A program made the position numbers and the translations under genes. A stretch of DNA of 64,000 bases. It comes from Rhodanobacter denitrificans (GTDB lineage Bacteria > Pseudomonadota > Gammaproteobacteria > Xanthomonadales > Rhodanobacteraceae). Below the pieces are notes generated by a model. It saw only the letters and a list, made by a program, of their open reading frames with translations, ran no database searches and was not told the origin of the DNA. The first letter of the stretch is position 1. Each line of letters begins with the position of its first letter. The stretch covers positions 73,867-137,866 of the forward strand of contig JAFIHF010000013.1 in assembly GCA_017848855.1 (NCBI GenBank), given 5' to 3'. Positions 39,033-48,387 of this stretch are shown here, in pieces.

Positions 39033-40949
39033 TCAGTGGCGGGAGGCCACCGCTTCTTCCGGCCGCGGCTTGAGGCCGTCGCGGAAGCGCAGGTGGCGCG
39101 TGGAGTGGCGCGCCTCGCGCAGGCGCCGCGCGTGGGCGGCGAGGATGTCGCCGCGGGTGAGGATGCCGACCAGCCGGTGCGGGTCGTCCTTGCCCACCAC
39201 CACCAGCCGGCCCACGCTCTCGGCCACCATGTGGTCGGCCGCCTCGCGCAGCGAGTGGCCCTCGTTCACCGCGATCGGCGGCCGCGTCACCAGCTCGCCC
39301 AGGGTCAGCGTGTAGTGCCACTGCGGATCGAGCAGGCTGCGGCGGGTCAGCACGCCCTGCACGTGGCCGCGCTCGTCCAGCACCGGGAAACCCTGGTGCA
39401 GCGACTCCGGCGTGCCCTCGCCGAGCCAGCGGCGCACCTCGGCCAGGGTCTGCGCGGTCTTGAGCGTCACCACCTCGCGCGCGCAGGCGTCGCCCACGAC
39501 CACCTGGTCGAGGTAGTCGGCCGCGTACTCGGCGGGCACGCGCACGCCGCGGCGGGCGATCTTCTCGGTCATGATGGTGTTGCGCATCATCAGCGCGGAG
39601 ATCAGGTAGGCCGCGGTGCAGCCGCCGAGCAGCGGCAGCAGGCCGGCGGGCTGCGCGGTGGTCTCGAACGCGAACACCACCGCGGTGAGCAGCGCGCGCG
39701 AGGCGCCGGCGAAGATCGCCGCCATGCCCACCAGCGCGGCGATGCGCGGGTCCACGCCGAACTGCGGCGCCACCGCGGCCACGCCGATGCCGGCCACCGC
39801 GCCGAGCGCGCCGCCGATGGTGAACAGCGGCGCCAGCGTGCCGCCGGAAGTGCCGCTGCCCAGCGAGATCGACCAGGACAGGAACTTCATCACGCACAGG
39901 AAGGCCAGCGCCGCCAGCGTCAGCCGGCCGTTCAGGATGTCCTCGATGTTGCTGTAGCCCACGCCCAGCGTCAGCGGCGCGAAGTAGCCGACCACGCCCA
40001 CCACCACGCCGCCGATCGCCGGCCACCACATCCAGTGGATCGGCAGCTTCTCGAACCCGTCCTCGATCGCGTAGACGATGCGCGTGGTCCACACGCTGAT
40101 GAGGCCCACCGCCGCGCCGATCAGCACGTAGGTGGCCAGCGCCCAGCCGCCCGGCGAGGCCAGCACCGGCATCGCGAACACCGGCGCGGTGCCCATCAGC
40201 ACGTAGCGCATGCCGGTGGCGGCCACGCAGGCCAGCGCCACCGGGATCAGCGAGCGCGGGCGCAGCTCGAACAACAGCAGCTCCACCGCCAGCACCACCG
40301 AGGCGATCGGCGCCGAGAAGATCGCCGACATGCCCGCCGCCGCGCCGGCCGCCAGCAGCACCTTGCGCTCGCTGCCGGTGACCTTGAGGATCTGGCCGAT
40401 GAAGGAACCCAGCGCGCCGCCGGTGGCGATGATCGGGCCTTCCGCGCCGAACGGGCCGCCGGTGCCGATCGCGATCGCCGAGGAGATCGGCTTCAGGAAG
40501 GTGATCCGCGGGGGAATCTTCGATTCGTTCAGCAGCACCTGCTCCATCGCCTCGGGGATGCCGTGGCCGCGGATCGCGCGCGAGCCCCAGCGCGCCATGA
40601 TGCCCACGATCACGCCGCCCAGCGCGGGGATCAGCACCACCCACCAGCCCAGGTGCGGCACCGCGTCGGCGGGCGAGGAGAACGCGGTGGAGACGCGGCC
40701 GTAGAACACCAGGTTGGTGATCAGGCCGATCAGCATGGTGAGGATCTTCGCGATCAGCGCCGCGCCGATGCCCAGCACCACCGACACCGCGGTGATGCGC
40801 AGCACGCGGCGGTCCACCAGGGTGGAACGGCGCGGCATCTTCGCCACGTCCAGCGTCGCGCCCAGCGCGGGCGACAGCGGCAGCGCGTCGGTGCTGCCCT
40901 CGGTGCGCACGTCGTCGTGGCCGGGGGAATGGTCAGCCGGAGAAGTCAT
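39033..40949 (-). CDS. ClC family voltage-gated chloride channel with C-terminal CBS pair
   Basis: It has ClC selectivity motifs (GIPEAME context, GAEGPI, GGTLAPLF) and then CBS-like repeats. Product of 638 aa. Confidence 0.88.
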   Translation of the reverse strand: MTSPADHSPGHDDVRTEGSTDALPLSPALGATLDVAKMPRRSTLVDRRVLRITAVSVVLGIGAALIAKILTMLIGLITNLVFYGRVSTAFSSPADAVPHLGWWVVLIPALGGVIVGIMARWGSRAIRGHGIPEAMEQVLLNESKIPPRITFLKPISSAIAIGTGGPFGAEGPIIATGGALGSFIGQILKVTGSERKVLLAAGAAAGMSAIFSAPIASVVLAVELLLFELRPRSLIPVALACVAATGMRYVLMGTAPVFAMPVLASPGGWALATYVLIGAAVGLISVWTTRIVYAIEDGFEKLPIHWMWWPAIGGVVVGVVGYFAPLTLGVGYSNIEDILNGRLTLAALAFLCVMKFLSWSISLGSGTSGGTLAPLFTIGGALGAVAGIGVAAVAPQFGVDPRIAALVGMAAIFAGASRALLTAVVFAFETTAQPAGLLPLLGGCTAAYLISALMMRNTIMTEKIARRGVRVPAEYAADYLDQVVVGDACAREVVTLKTAQTLAEVRRWLGEGTPESLHQGFPVLDERGHVQGVLTRRSLLDPQWHYTLTLGELVTRPPIAVNEGHSLREAADHMVAESVGRLVVVGKDDPHRLVGILTRGDILAAHARRLREARHSTRHLRFRDGLKPRPEEAVASRH

Positions 40950-41052
40950 GGATGAGGTCCGTCGCGACTCAAAGGCGGAAATTCTACGCCGCCGCCTGCG
41001 CGAACCGAAGCCGCACGTTCTTGCGCGCGCCCGTACCGTTCAGACGGCCAAA

Positions 41053-41082
41053 CGCGGCAGGGCGAATGCGCGCCCTGCCGCG
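41053..41082 (-). terminator. Hairpin terminator downstream of the small membrane-protein gene
   Basis: The 12-bp stem CGCGGCAGGGCG-AATGCG-CGCCCTGCCGCG is followed on the minus strand by TTTGG. Confidence 0.5.
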
Positions 41083-41095
41083 GTCACGCCATGCC

Positions 41096-41512
41096 TCAGT
41101 GGTGGAACATGCCCAGCAGCATGCTGCCGAACACCAGCACGAGCACGAAGGCCAGCACGTAGAAGATCACCATGTAGACCAGCTGCACGAGGCAGGACTT
41201 GCCGTAGCCGATCCGGCTGCCGTCCCGCGCCAGCAGCAGCAGGTTGATGATCGCCGCGCCCACCAGGAACTGCGCCACGAAGGCCAGCAGGAAGCCCGTG
41301 CTGCCGTGCAGGATCGCCCGCACCACCAGCTGGGCCAGCCACGACACCACCACCGTGGCCAGCGCGCGCACGTACGATGGCATGTGCCCCGCGATCAGCC
41401 GGTACGCCACGCTCAACACCAGGGCGCTGAACAGCACGCCGACCACGACCAGCAGCAGGATCGCCATCGCCCCCAGGCCCGCCAACGCTCCGAACACCGA
41501 ACTCCCCACCAT
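41096..41512 (-). CDS. Hypothetical small integral membrane protein (about 4 TM)
   Basis: The 138-aa product is strongly hydrophobic, with segments separated by short polar loops. ATG verified at 41510-41512. I did not recognise a family. Confidence 0.6.
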   Translation of the reverse strand: MVGSSVFGALAGLGAMAILLLVVVGVLFSALVLSVAYRLIAGHMPSYVRALATVVVSWLAQLVVRAILHGSTGFLLAFVAQFLVGAAIINLLLLARDGSRIGYGKSCLVQLVYMVIFYVLAFVLVLVFGSMLLGMFHH

Positions 41513-41614
41513 GGAAACCTCCTGTCGTCGATGAACCGCCGCGGCCCCGCGGCCCCGACGCTGTTGCCAGCGTAACCGATGACGCGGCGCGGGCAAGCTG
41601 CTATAAAGCCAGTT

Positions 41615-41625
41615 ATGTATTACAA
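41615..41625. promoter_or_regulatory. Candidate DgoR (GntR/FadR-type) operator ATGTA-T-TACAA
   Basis: It has a palindromic GT-N-AC core in the only AT-rich patch (41601-41632), about 50 nt upstream of dgoR. Confidence 0.45.
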
Positions 41626-41672
41626 ATAGAAGCCGCGGTCGCAAACGCGACCGCGGGGCAAGGGGAGCAGGC

Positions 41673-42380
41673 ATGGCAAAACCCATCATCGTGCGCAACC
41701 TGCACGGCCAAGTGGTCCAGGAGCTGGGCCGGCAGATCGTGGGCGGCGAGATCGCGCCCGGCGAGAACCTGCCGCGCGAGGAACTGCTGGCCGAGCGCCT
41801 GAAGGTCAGCCGCACCGCGCTGCGCGAGGCGATGAAGGTGCTCTCGGCCAAGGGCCTGATCGAATCGCGCCAGAAGACCGGCACCCGCGTGCGCGACACC
41901 GTGCACTGGAACCAGCTCGACGCCGACGTGCTGGCCTGGCGCTGCGCCTCCATGCCCACCGAGGATTTCGTCGAGAAGCTGGTGGAGATGCGCGAGCTGA
42001 TCGAGCCCGCGGCCGCCGCCGCCGCCGCGCGCCGGCGCAACGACGAGCAGCTGGCGCGCATCGAGGCCGCCTACGCGGCGATGGCCGCGGCCACCGACCC
42101 GGACGCCTGGTCCGAAGCGGACCTGGCCTTCCACGAGGCCGTGCTGCACGCCACCCACAACGAGCTGATGACCTCGCTGTTCTCGGTGATCGAGGCCGCG
42201 CTGGGCAGCTATTTCCAGCTGTCGGCGAGCATCGCCGGCAACTTCAGCTACTCGCTGCCGCACCACAAGAAGGTGCTCGACGCGATCCGCCGCCGCCAGC
42301 CCGAAGTGGCGCGCGAGGCGATGCAGAAGATGGTGGCCGACTCGCGCAGCAACATCCGCCGCCACGCGAAGAAGACATGA
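41673..42380 (+). CDS. dgoR: GntR/FadR family transcriptional regulator (galactonate operon repressor DgoR-like)
   Basis: It has an N-terminal winged HTH (LPREELLAERLKVSRTALREAMKVLSAKGLI) and an FCD C-domain. It is the first gene of the dgo cluster. Confidence 0.85.
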   Translation: MAKPIIVRNLHGQVVQELGRQIVGGEIAPGENLPREELLAERLKVSRTALREAMKVLSAKGLIESRQKTGTRVRDTVHWNQLDADVLAWRCASMPTEDFVEKLVEMRELIEPAAAAAAARRRNDEQLARIEAAYAAMAAATDPDAWSEADLAFHEAVLHATHNELMTSLFSVIEAALGSYFQLSASIAGNFSYSLPHHKKVLDAIRRRQPEVAREAMQKMVADSRSNIRRHAKKT

Positions 42381-43306
42381 GCGGACTGATCGGACTCGAC
42401 TGGGGCACCAGCAGCCTGCGCGCGTTCCGCTTCGACGGTGCGGGCGCCATCGCGGAAACGCGCGCGCGTCCCTGGGGCATCCGCCACTTGCCGGCGGGCG
42501 GCTACGACGCCGCGCTCGCCGACATCACCGCCGGCTGGCCGACGCTGCCGCGACTGGCCTGCGGCATGGTCGGCAGCCGCGGCGGCTGGCACGAGATGCC
42601 CTACCTCGACCTGCCCGCGGACGCGGCGCAGCTAGGCCGCGCGCTCGGCAAGCTGCGCGCCGCCGACGGCATGGACGTCCATCTGGTGCCCGGCCTGCGC
42701 GACCCGCGCGGCCCCGACGTGATGCGCGGCGAGGAAACCCAGTTGCTCGGCGCGCTGGCGCTGCGGCCCGCGCTGGCCGCGGCCGCCACCTTCATCCAGC
42801 CCGGCACGCACAGCAAGTGGGCGGTGGTGCAGGGCGGCGCGGTGACCGGCTTCCGCACCCTGATGACCGGCGAGCTGTTCGCGGTGCTGCGCAAGCATTC
42901 GATCCTCGGCGGCGACACGCCGGCGGCCGACGATGCCGACGCGTTTGCACGCGGCGTCGCCGCGGCGCGCGACAGCGGTGCGGCCGGCGCCTTCGCCCGG
43001 TTGTTCTCCGCCCGCGCGCTGATGCTGGATGGCACGCTGGCGTCCGCCTCCGTGCCCGACTATCTCTCCGGCCTCTTGATCGGCGAGGAATTCCGCGCCG
43101 CGCTGGCCGACGGCCTCGCCCGCCGCGACACGCCGCTGCAGCTGATCGGCGAGCCCGCGCTGTGCGAACGCTACCGCCGCGCCGCCGCGCTGTTCGGCAT
43201 CGAGCTGCCGCCGGCCATCGAGGACGCCGCCGCCCGCGGCCTGTGGCAGCTGGCGACGCAGGCCGGCCTGGTCAACGACATCCCCGAGGAATCCCACGCA
43301 TGCTGA
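42377..43306 (+). CDS. dgoK: 2-dehydro-3-deoxygalactonokinase
   Basis: It has [22 protein letters not shown] and [12 protein letters not shown], typical of DgoK. There is an ATGA overlap with dgoR. Confidence 0.88.
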   Translation: MSGLIGLDWGTSSLRAFRFDGAGAIAETRARPWGIRHLPAGGYDAALADITAGWPTLPRLACGMVGSRGGWHEMPYLDLPADAAQLGRALGKLRAADGMDVHLVPGLRDPRGPDVMRGEETQLLGALALRPALAAAATFIQPGTHSKWAVVQGGAVTGFRTLMTGELFAVLRKHSILGGDTPAADDADAFARGVAAARDSGAAGAFARLFSARALMLDGTLASASVPDYLSGLLIGEEFRAALADGLARRDTPLQLIGEPALCERYRRAAALFGIELPPAIEDAAARGLWQLATQAGLVNDIPEESHAC

Positions 43307-43929
43307 CTCCCTGGCTGAAACCGCTGCCGCTGGTGGCGATCCTGCGCGGCCTCACGCCCGACGAGGCGGTGGCCACCGGCCGCGCCATCGTCGAGGCCGG
43401 CTTCCGCATGCTGGAAGTGCCGCTGAATTCGCCACGACCGTTCGACAGCATCGCCCTGCTCGCCGAAGCGCTGGGCAAGGACGTGCTGGTCGGCGCGGGC
43501 ACGGTGATGACGCCCGCGAACGTGGATGCGGTGGCCAACGCCGGCGGCCGGCTGATCGTGATGCCGCACGCCGACACCGCGGTGATCCGTGCCGCCAAGG
43601 CCGCCGGCCTGGTGTGCATACCCGGCGTGGCCACGCCCACCGAGGCCTTCGCCGCGCTGGCTGCCGGCGCCGACGGCTTGAAGCTGTTCCCCGCCGAACA
43701 AGCCTCGCCCGCCGTGCTCAAGGCCTGGCGCGCGGTGCTGCCGCGCGACGTGGCGGTGCTGCCGGTGGGCGGCATCACGCCCGACACCATGGCGCCCTGG
43801 GTCGCCGCCGGCGCCAACGGCTTCGGCATCGGCTCGGCGCTGTACGCCCCGGGCCGCACCCTCGACGACACCGCACAACGCGCCCGCGCCTTCGCGCAGG
43901 CCTGGCATCCATTGGAAACGCACGCATGA
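43300..43929 (+). CDS. dgoA: 2-dehydro-3-deoxy-6-phosphogalactonate aldolase
   Basis: It has a KDPG/KHG aldolase fold pattern ([32 protein letters not shown]). Product of 209 aa. Confidence 0.88.
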   Translation: MLTPWLKPLPLVAILRGLTPDEAVATGRAIVEAGFRMLEVPLNSPRPFDSIALLAEALGKDVLVGAGTVMTPANVDAVANAGGRLIVMPHADTAVIRAAKAAGLVCIPGVATPTEAFAALAAGADGLKLFPAEQASPAVLKAWRAVLPRDVAVLPVGGITPDTMAPWVAAGANGFGIGSALYAPGRTLDDTAQRARAFAQAWHPLETHA

Positions 43930-45074
43930 AGATCACCAAGCTCACCGTCTATCAGGTGCCGCCGCGCTGGCTGTTCCTGCGCATCGACACCGACGCCGGC
44001 ATCAGCGGCTGGGGCGAGCCGGTGGTGGAGGGGCGCGCGCATACCGTGGCCGCCGCCGTGGAGGAACTGGCCGACTACCTGGTCGGCAAGGACCCGCGCC
44101 ACATCGAGGATCACTGGAGCGTGCTCTACCGCGGCGGCTTCTACCGCGGCGGCCCGGTGCTGATGAGCGCGATCGCCGGCATCGACCAGGCGCTGTGGGA
44201 CATCAAGGGCAAGAACCTCGGCAAGCCGGTGCACGAACTGCTCGGCGGCCCGGTGCGCGAGCGCATCCGCGTGTACTCGTGGATCGGCGGCGACCGCCCG
44301 GGCGACACCGCGCGCGCCGCCAAGGATGCGGTGGCGCGCGGCTTCACCGCGGTGAAGATGAACGCCACCGAGGAGCTGCACTACGTCGACACGCACGCCA
44401 AGGTCAGCCGCGTGCTGGAGAACGTGCAGGCGATCCGCGACGCGGTGGGCCCGGACATCGGCATCGGCCTCGACTTCCACGGTCGCGTGCACAAGCCGAT
44501 GGCCAAGGTGCTGATGCGCGAGCTGGCACCGTTCCGGCTGATGTTCATCGAGGAGCCGGTGCTCTCCGAATACCTGGAGTGCCTGCCCGAACTGGCTGCG
44601 ATCTCGCCCGCGCCGATCGCGCTGGGCGAGCGGCTGTATTCGCGCTGGGATTTCAAGCGCGTGCTGCAGACCGGCGGCGTGGACATCATCCAGCCCGACC
44701 CCTCGCACGCCGGCGGCATCACCGAGACGCGCAAGATCGCCGCGATGGCCGAGGCCTGGGACGTGGCGCTGGCGCTGCACTGCCCGCTCGGCCCGATCGC
44801 GCTGGCCGCGAACCTGCAGCTGGACGCCGTGTGCCACAACGCCTTCATCCAGGAACAGAGCCTGGGCATCCACTACAACGCCGCCAACGACCTGCTCGAC
44901 TACGTCACCGACCGCAACGTGTTCGCCTACGCCGACGGCTTCGTGGACATGCCGAAGGGTCCGGGCCTCGGCATCGAGGTGAACGAGGCCTACGTGGCCG
45001 AACGCGCCAGGGTGGGCCACCAGTGGCACAACCCGATCTGGCGCCACGCCGACGGCAGCGTGGCGGAGTGGTGA
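43926..45074 (+). CDS. dgoD: Galactonate dehydratase (enolase superfamily)
   Basis: The sequence [38 protein letters not shown]...[11 protein letters not shown] is a canonical DgoD. Confidence 0.93.
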   Translation: MKITKLTVYQVPPRWLFLRIDTDAGISGWGEPVVEGRAHTVAAAVEELADYLVGKDPRHIEDHWSVLYRGGFYRGGPVLMSAIAGIDQALWDIKGKNLGKPVHELLGGPVRERIRVYSWIGGDRPGDTARAAKDAVARGFTAVKMNATEELHYVDTHAKVSRVLENVQAIRDAVGPDIGIGLDFHGRVHKPMAKVLMRELAPFRLMFIEEPVLSEYLECLPELAAISPAPIALGERLYSRWDFKRVLQTGGVDIIQPDPSHAGGITETRKIAAMAEAWDVALALHCPLGPIALAANLQLDAVCHNAFIQEQSLGIHYNAANDLLDYVTDRNVFAYADGFVDMPKGPGLGIEVNEAYVAERARVGHQWHNPIWRHADGSVAEW

Positions 45075-45079
45075 GCGCG

Positions 45080-45847
45080 ATGACCAGCGCCTACGCCAGC
45101 TACCCCAGCCTGCAGGGCCGCAGCGTGCTGATCACCGGCGGCGCCACCGGCATCGGCGCCGCCTTCGTCGAACACTTCGCACGGCAGGGCGCGAAGGTGG
45201 CCTTCCTCGACGTGGACGCGGCCGGCGCGCAGTCCCTGCTCGATACGCTGGGCGAGGTGGCGCACGCGCCGCGGTTCCTGCGCTGCGATCTCACCGACCT
45301 CGATGCGCTGCACGCCGCGATCGACACGGCGCGCGCGCATATCGGCCCGATCGCCGTGCTGGTCAACAACGCCGCCAACGACGTGCGCCACACGCTGGCC
45401 GACGTGGATGCCGCCGCGTTCGAGCGCAACGTGGCGGTGAACCTGCGCCACCAGGTGTTCGCCACGCAGGCGGTGGTCCCCGACATGCGCCAGCTCGGCG
45501 GCGGCTCGATCCTCTGCCTCGGCTCCACCGGCTGGATGAAGAAGAACGCCGGCTACCCGCTGTACGCGATGGCCAAGGCCGCGGTGCACGGCTTCGTCAA
45601 CGGCATGGCGCGCGAACTGGGCCACCAGCGCATCCGCATCAACGCGCTGGTGCCCGGCTGGGTGATCACCGAAAAGCAGCGCGCGCTGTGGCTGGACGCG
45701 GAAGGCGAGGCCGAGATCGCCCGCGTGCAATGCCTGCCCGGCTACCTGATGGCGGACGACCTCGCGCGCATGGCGCTGTTCCTGGCCGCCGACGACAGCC
45801 GCATGTGCACCGGGCAAAGCTTCATCGTGGACGGTGGCTGGGTGTGA
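45080..45847 (+). CDS. SDR family oxidoreductase (candidate aldose/galactose 1-dehydrogenase)
   Basis: It has TGGATGIG, NNAA and the YAMAK catalytic motif. It lies between dgoD and a lactonase. Confidence 0.8.
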   Translation: MTSAYASYPSLQGRSVLITGGATGIGAAFVEHFARQGAKVAFLDVDAAGAQSLLDTLGEVAHAPRFLRCDLTDLDALHAAIDTARAHIGPIAVLVNNAANDVRHTLADVDAAAFERNVAVNLRHQVFATQAVVPDMRQLGGGSILCLGSTGWMKKNAGYPLYAMAKAAVHGFVNGMARELGHQRIRINALVPGWVITEKQRALWLDAEGEAEIARVQCLPGYLMADDLARMALFLAADDSRMCTGQSFIVDGGWV

Positions 45848-45855
45848 GCGCGCCG

Positions 45856-46749
45856 ATGCAGCCGGTGCTGGAAGCGCGCAACACGCTGGGCGAAGGCATC
45901 GTCTGGTGCGAACGCGCGCGGGCGCTGTACTGGACGGACATCCACGCCGCCACGCTGTGGCGCCATACGCCGACCAGCGGCGAGACGAAACAATGGCGCC
46001 TGCCCGAGCGCCTCGCCTCGTTCGCGCTGTGCGAAACCGACGGCTGGCTGCTCTTGGCGTTGGCCTCGCGGCTGGCGTTCTTCCGCCTCGAAGACGGCGC
46101 GCTGCACACGCTGCATGAAGTCGAACCCGGCTTGCCCACACGCTGCAACGACGGCGCCTGCGACCGCCAGGGCCGCTTCGTGTTCGGCACCTTGCATGAA
46201 CCAGCCGATGGCGGCGCGAAGCAGCCCATCGGCGGCTTCTGGCGCCTCAACGCCGACCTCACGCTGGAAAAGCTGCCGCTGGAAGGCGTGGCGATCAGCA
46301 ACAGCCTCGCCTTCAGTCCCGACGGCGGCATGCTGTACTACTGCGACTCGCTCGCCCGCACGATCCGCTGCTGCGCCTACGGCGACACGCTGGGGCCCTC
46401 GCGCCTGTTCGCCGACCTCACCGACACCAATGGCGAACCGGACGGTTCCTGCGTCGATGCCGACGGCGGGCTATGGAACGCGCAATGGGGGCTGGGCCGC
46501 GTGGTGCGCTATCGCGCCGACGGCGGCGTGGATCGCATCCTGCCGCTGCCCGCCAGCCAACCCACCCGCCCCGCCTTCGGCGGCACTGCGCTCGGCACGC
46601 TCTACGTCACCAGCGCCCGCGACGGTCTCGACGCTGCCACACTGGCGCGCGAGCCGCTGGCCGGTGCGCTGTTCGCCGCACGCACCGATGTGCGCGGCCT
46701 GCCCGAACCGCGTTTTGCCGGCGTGCCGCCTGCGGGTGTCGCGCCATGA
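45856..46749 (+). CDS. SMP-30/gluconolactonase/LRE family lactonase (candidate galactonolactonase)
   Basis: It has LGEGIVW, YWTDI, NDGACDRQGRF, PDGSCVDADGGLWNA and LYVTSA, typical of beta-propeller lactonases. Confidence 0.85.
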   Translation: MQPVLEARNTLGEGIVWCERARALYWTDIHAATLWRHTPTSGETKQWRLPERLASFALCETDGWLLLALASRLAFFRLEDGALHTLHEVEPGLPTRCNDGACDRQGRFVFGTLHEPADGGAKQPIGGFWRLNADLTLEKLPLEGVAISNSLAFSPDGGMLYYCDSLARTIRCCAYGDTLGPSRLFADLTDTNGEPDGSCVDADGGLWNAQWGLGRVVRYRADGGVDRILPLPASQPTRPAFGGTALGTLYVTSARDGLDAATLAREPLAGALFAARTDVRGLPEPRFAGVPPAGVAP

Positions 46750-46777
46750 ACGGCATCTGGAAGATGCCTCACGATCG

Positions 46778-46940
46778 GAATCCGTTCGTGTTGAGCGTAG
46801 CGGAACGAAGTTCCGCGGAGTCGAAACACCGCCGTTTCCCGGGCTACTGACCCTTCGACTTCCTCGCTCCTCAAAGCGCGGAAGTCCATATCCGCTCCCC
46901 GCGTCGCGCCTTCGGCGCTACGCTCAGGGCGAACGGATTC
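46778..46940. repeat. 163-bp palindromic REP/MITE element, family B
   Basis: The arms GAATCCGTTCGTGTTGAGCGTAGCG (46778-) and CGCTACGCTCAGGGCGAACGGATTC (-46940) are inverted. The inner GTCGAAAC/CTTCGAC motifs match the 24129-24222 element. Confidence 0.85.
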
Positions 46941-46987
46941 AGGAAAACTTCCAGACAAACTGCACGCCATTCCACGGGGAGTAACTC

Positions 46988-48379
46988 ATGAGCGCCACCA
47001 CCGCACCGCCCGCCGCCACGCACGCCAAGGCCACCGCCGTCTTCACCTGCATCCTGGCCGCACTGGCCGGCCTGATGTTCGGCCTCGACATCGGCGTGAT
47101 CTCCGGCGCACAGCAGTTCCTGCAGAAGGATTTCGGCATCGGCGACGACACGCTCGGGCTGATCGTCAGCATCATGATGGTCGGCGCCGCGCTGGGCGCG
47201 CTGGTGGCAGGCTGGCTGTCCAGCCACCTGGGCCGCAAGCGCACGCTGATCCTCGGCGCGGTGCTGTTCGTGGGCGGTTCGGTGCTGTGCGGCCTGGCCT
47301 GGACGCCGCAGGTGCTGATCGTGGGCCGCCTCGTGCTCGGTCTCGCGATCGGCCTGGCCAGCTTCACCGCGCCGCTGTACCTCGCCGAGATCGCGCCGGA
47401 ATCGATCCGCGGCGCGATGATCTCGCTGTACCAGCTGATGATCACCATCGGCATCCTGGTCGCCTTCCTCTCCGACACTGCCTTCAGCTACTCCGGCAAC
47501 TGGCGCTGGATGCTGGGCGTGATCGCGATCCCCGGCGCGCTGTTCCTGCTCGGCGTGGCGTTCCTGCCGGAAAGTCCGCGCTGGCTGATGATGAAGAGCC
47601 GCCAGGGCGAGGCCGAGCACGTGCTGGAGAAGCTGCTCGGCAACCGCGATGCGATCGCCAAGGAGATCGGCGAGATCCGCGAGCAGCTGAAGACGCCGCA
47701 GCGCGGCGTGCACATGTTCTTCCAGAACGCGAACTTCCGCCGCTCGGTGGGCCTGGGTGTGCTGCTGCAGATCATGCAGCAGCTCACCGGCATGAACGTG
47801 GTGATGTACTACGCGCCGCGCATCTTCCAGGACATGGGCTACAACACCGAATCGCAGATGTGGTTCACCGCCATCGTCGGCCTGGTCAACGTGCTCGCCA
47901 CCTTCATCGCGATCGGCCTGGTCGACAAGCTGGGCCGCAAGCCCATCCTCTACATCGGCTTCGTGGTGATGGCGCTCGGCCTCGGCGTGGTCGGCACGAT
48001 GATGCACCTGGGCATCCACAGCCACGCGCAGCAGACCTTCACCGTGGGCATGCTGCTGATCTTCATCGTCGGCTTCGCGATGTCGGCCGGCCCGCTGATC
48101 TGGACGCTGTGCTCGGAGATCCAGCCGCTCAAGGGCCGCGACTTCGGCATCGGCTGCTCCACCTTCACCAACTGGGTCGCGAACAGCCTGGTCGGCTACT
48201 CCTTCCTGCCGCTGCTCAACGGCATCGGCCAGGCGCAGACGTTCTGGCTGTACGCCGCGTTCAACGTGGTGTTCATCGTGTTCACGTTCTGGCTGGTGCC
48301 GGAAACCAAGGGCGTCACGCTGGAGCAGATCGAGCGCAAGCTGATGGCGGGCCTGCCGCTGCGGCGGATCGGGCAGTAA
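46988..48379 (+). CDS. MFS sugar porter (galactose/arabinose:H+ symporter-like)
   Basis: It has sugar-porter signatures (GLMFGLDIGVISGA, GRKRTL, PESPRWL, PETKG). Product of 463 aa. Confidence 0.9.
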   Translation: MSATTAPPAATHAKATAVFTCILAALAGLMFGLDIGVISGAQQFLQKDFGIGDDTLGLIVSIMMVGAALGALVAGWLSSHLGRKRTLILGAVLFVGGSVLCGLAWTPQVLIVGRLVLGLAIGLASFTAPLYLAEIAPESIRGAMISLYQLMITIGILVAFLSDTAFSYSGNWRWMLGVIAIPGALFLLGVAFLPESPRWLMMKSRQGEAEHVLEKLLGNRDAIAKEIGEIREQLKTPQRGVHMFFQNANFRRSVGLGVLLQIMQQLTGMNVVMYYAPRIFQDMGYNTESQMWFTAIVGLVNVLATFIAIGLVDKLGRKPILYIGFVVMALGLGVVGTMMHLGIHSHAQQTFTVGMLLIFIVGFAMSAGPLIWTLCSEIQPLKGRDFGIGCSTFTNWVANSLVGYSFLPLLNGIGQAQTFWLYAAFNVVFIVFTFWLVPETKGVTLEQIERKLMAGLPLRRIGQ

Positions 48380-48387
48380 GGCGCGCC

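Noticed and set aside
40950-41095. A possible fluoride riboswitch upstream of the ClC channel gene.
   Set aside because: The crcB-motif core elements are not visible in the leader. The channel is a long CBS-containing ClC, not the short CLC-F type.
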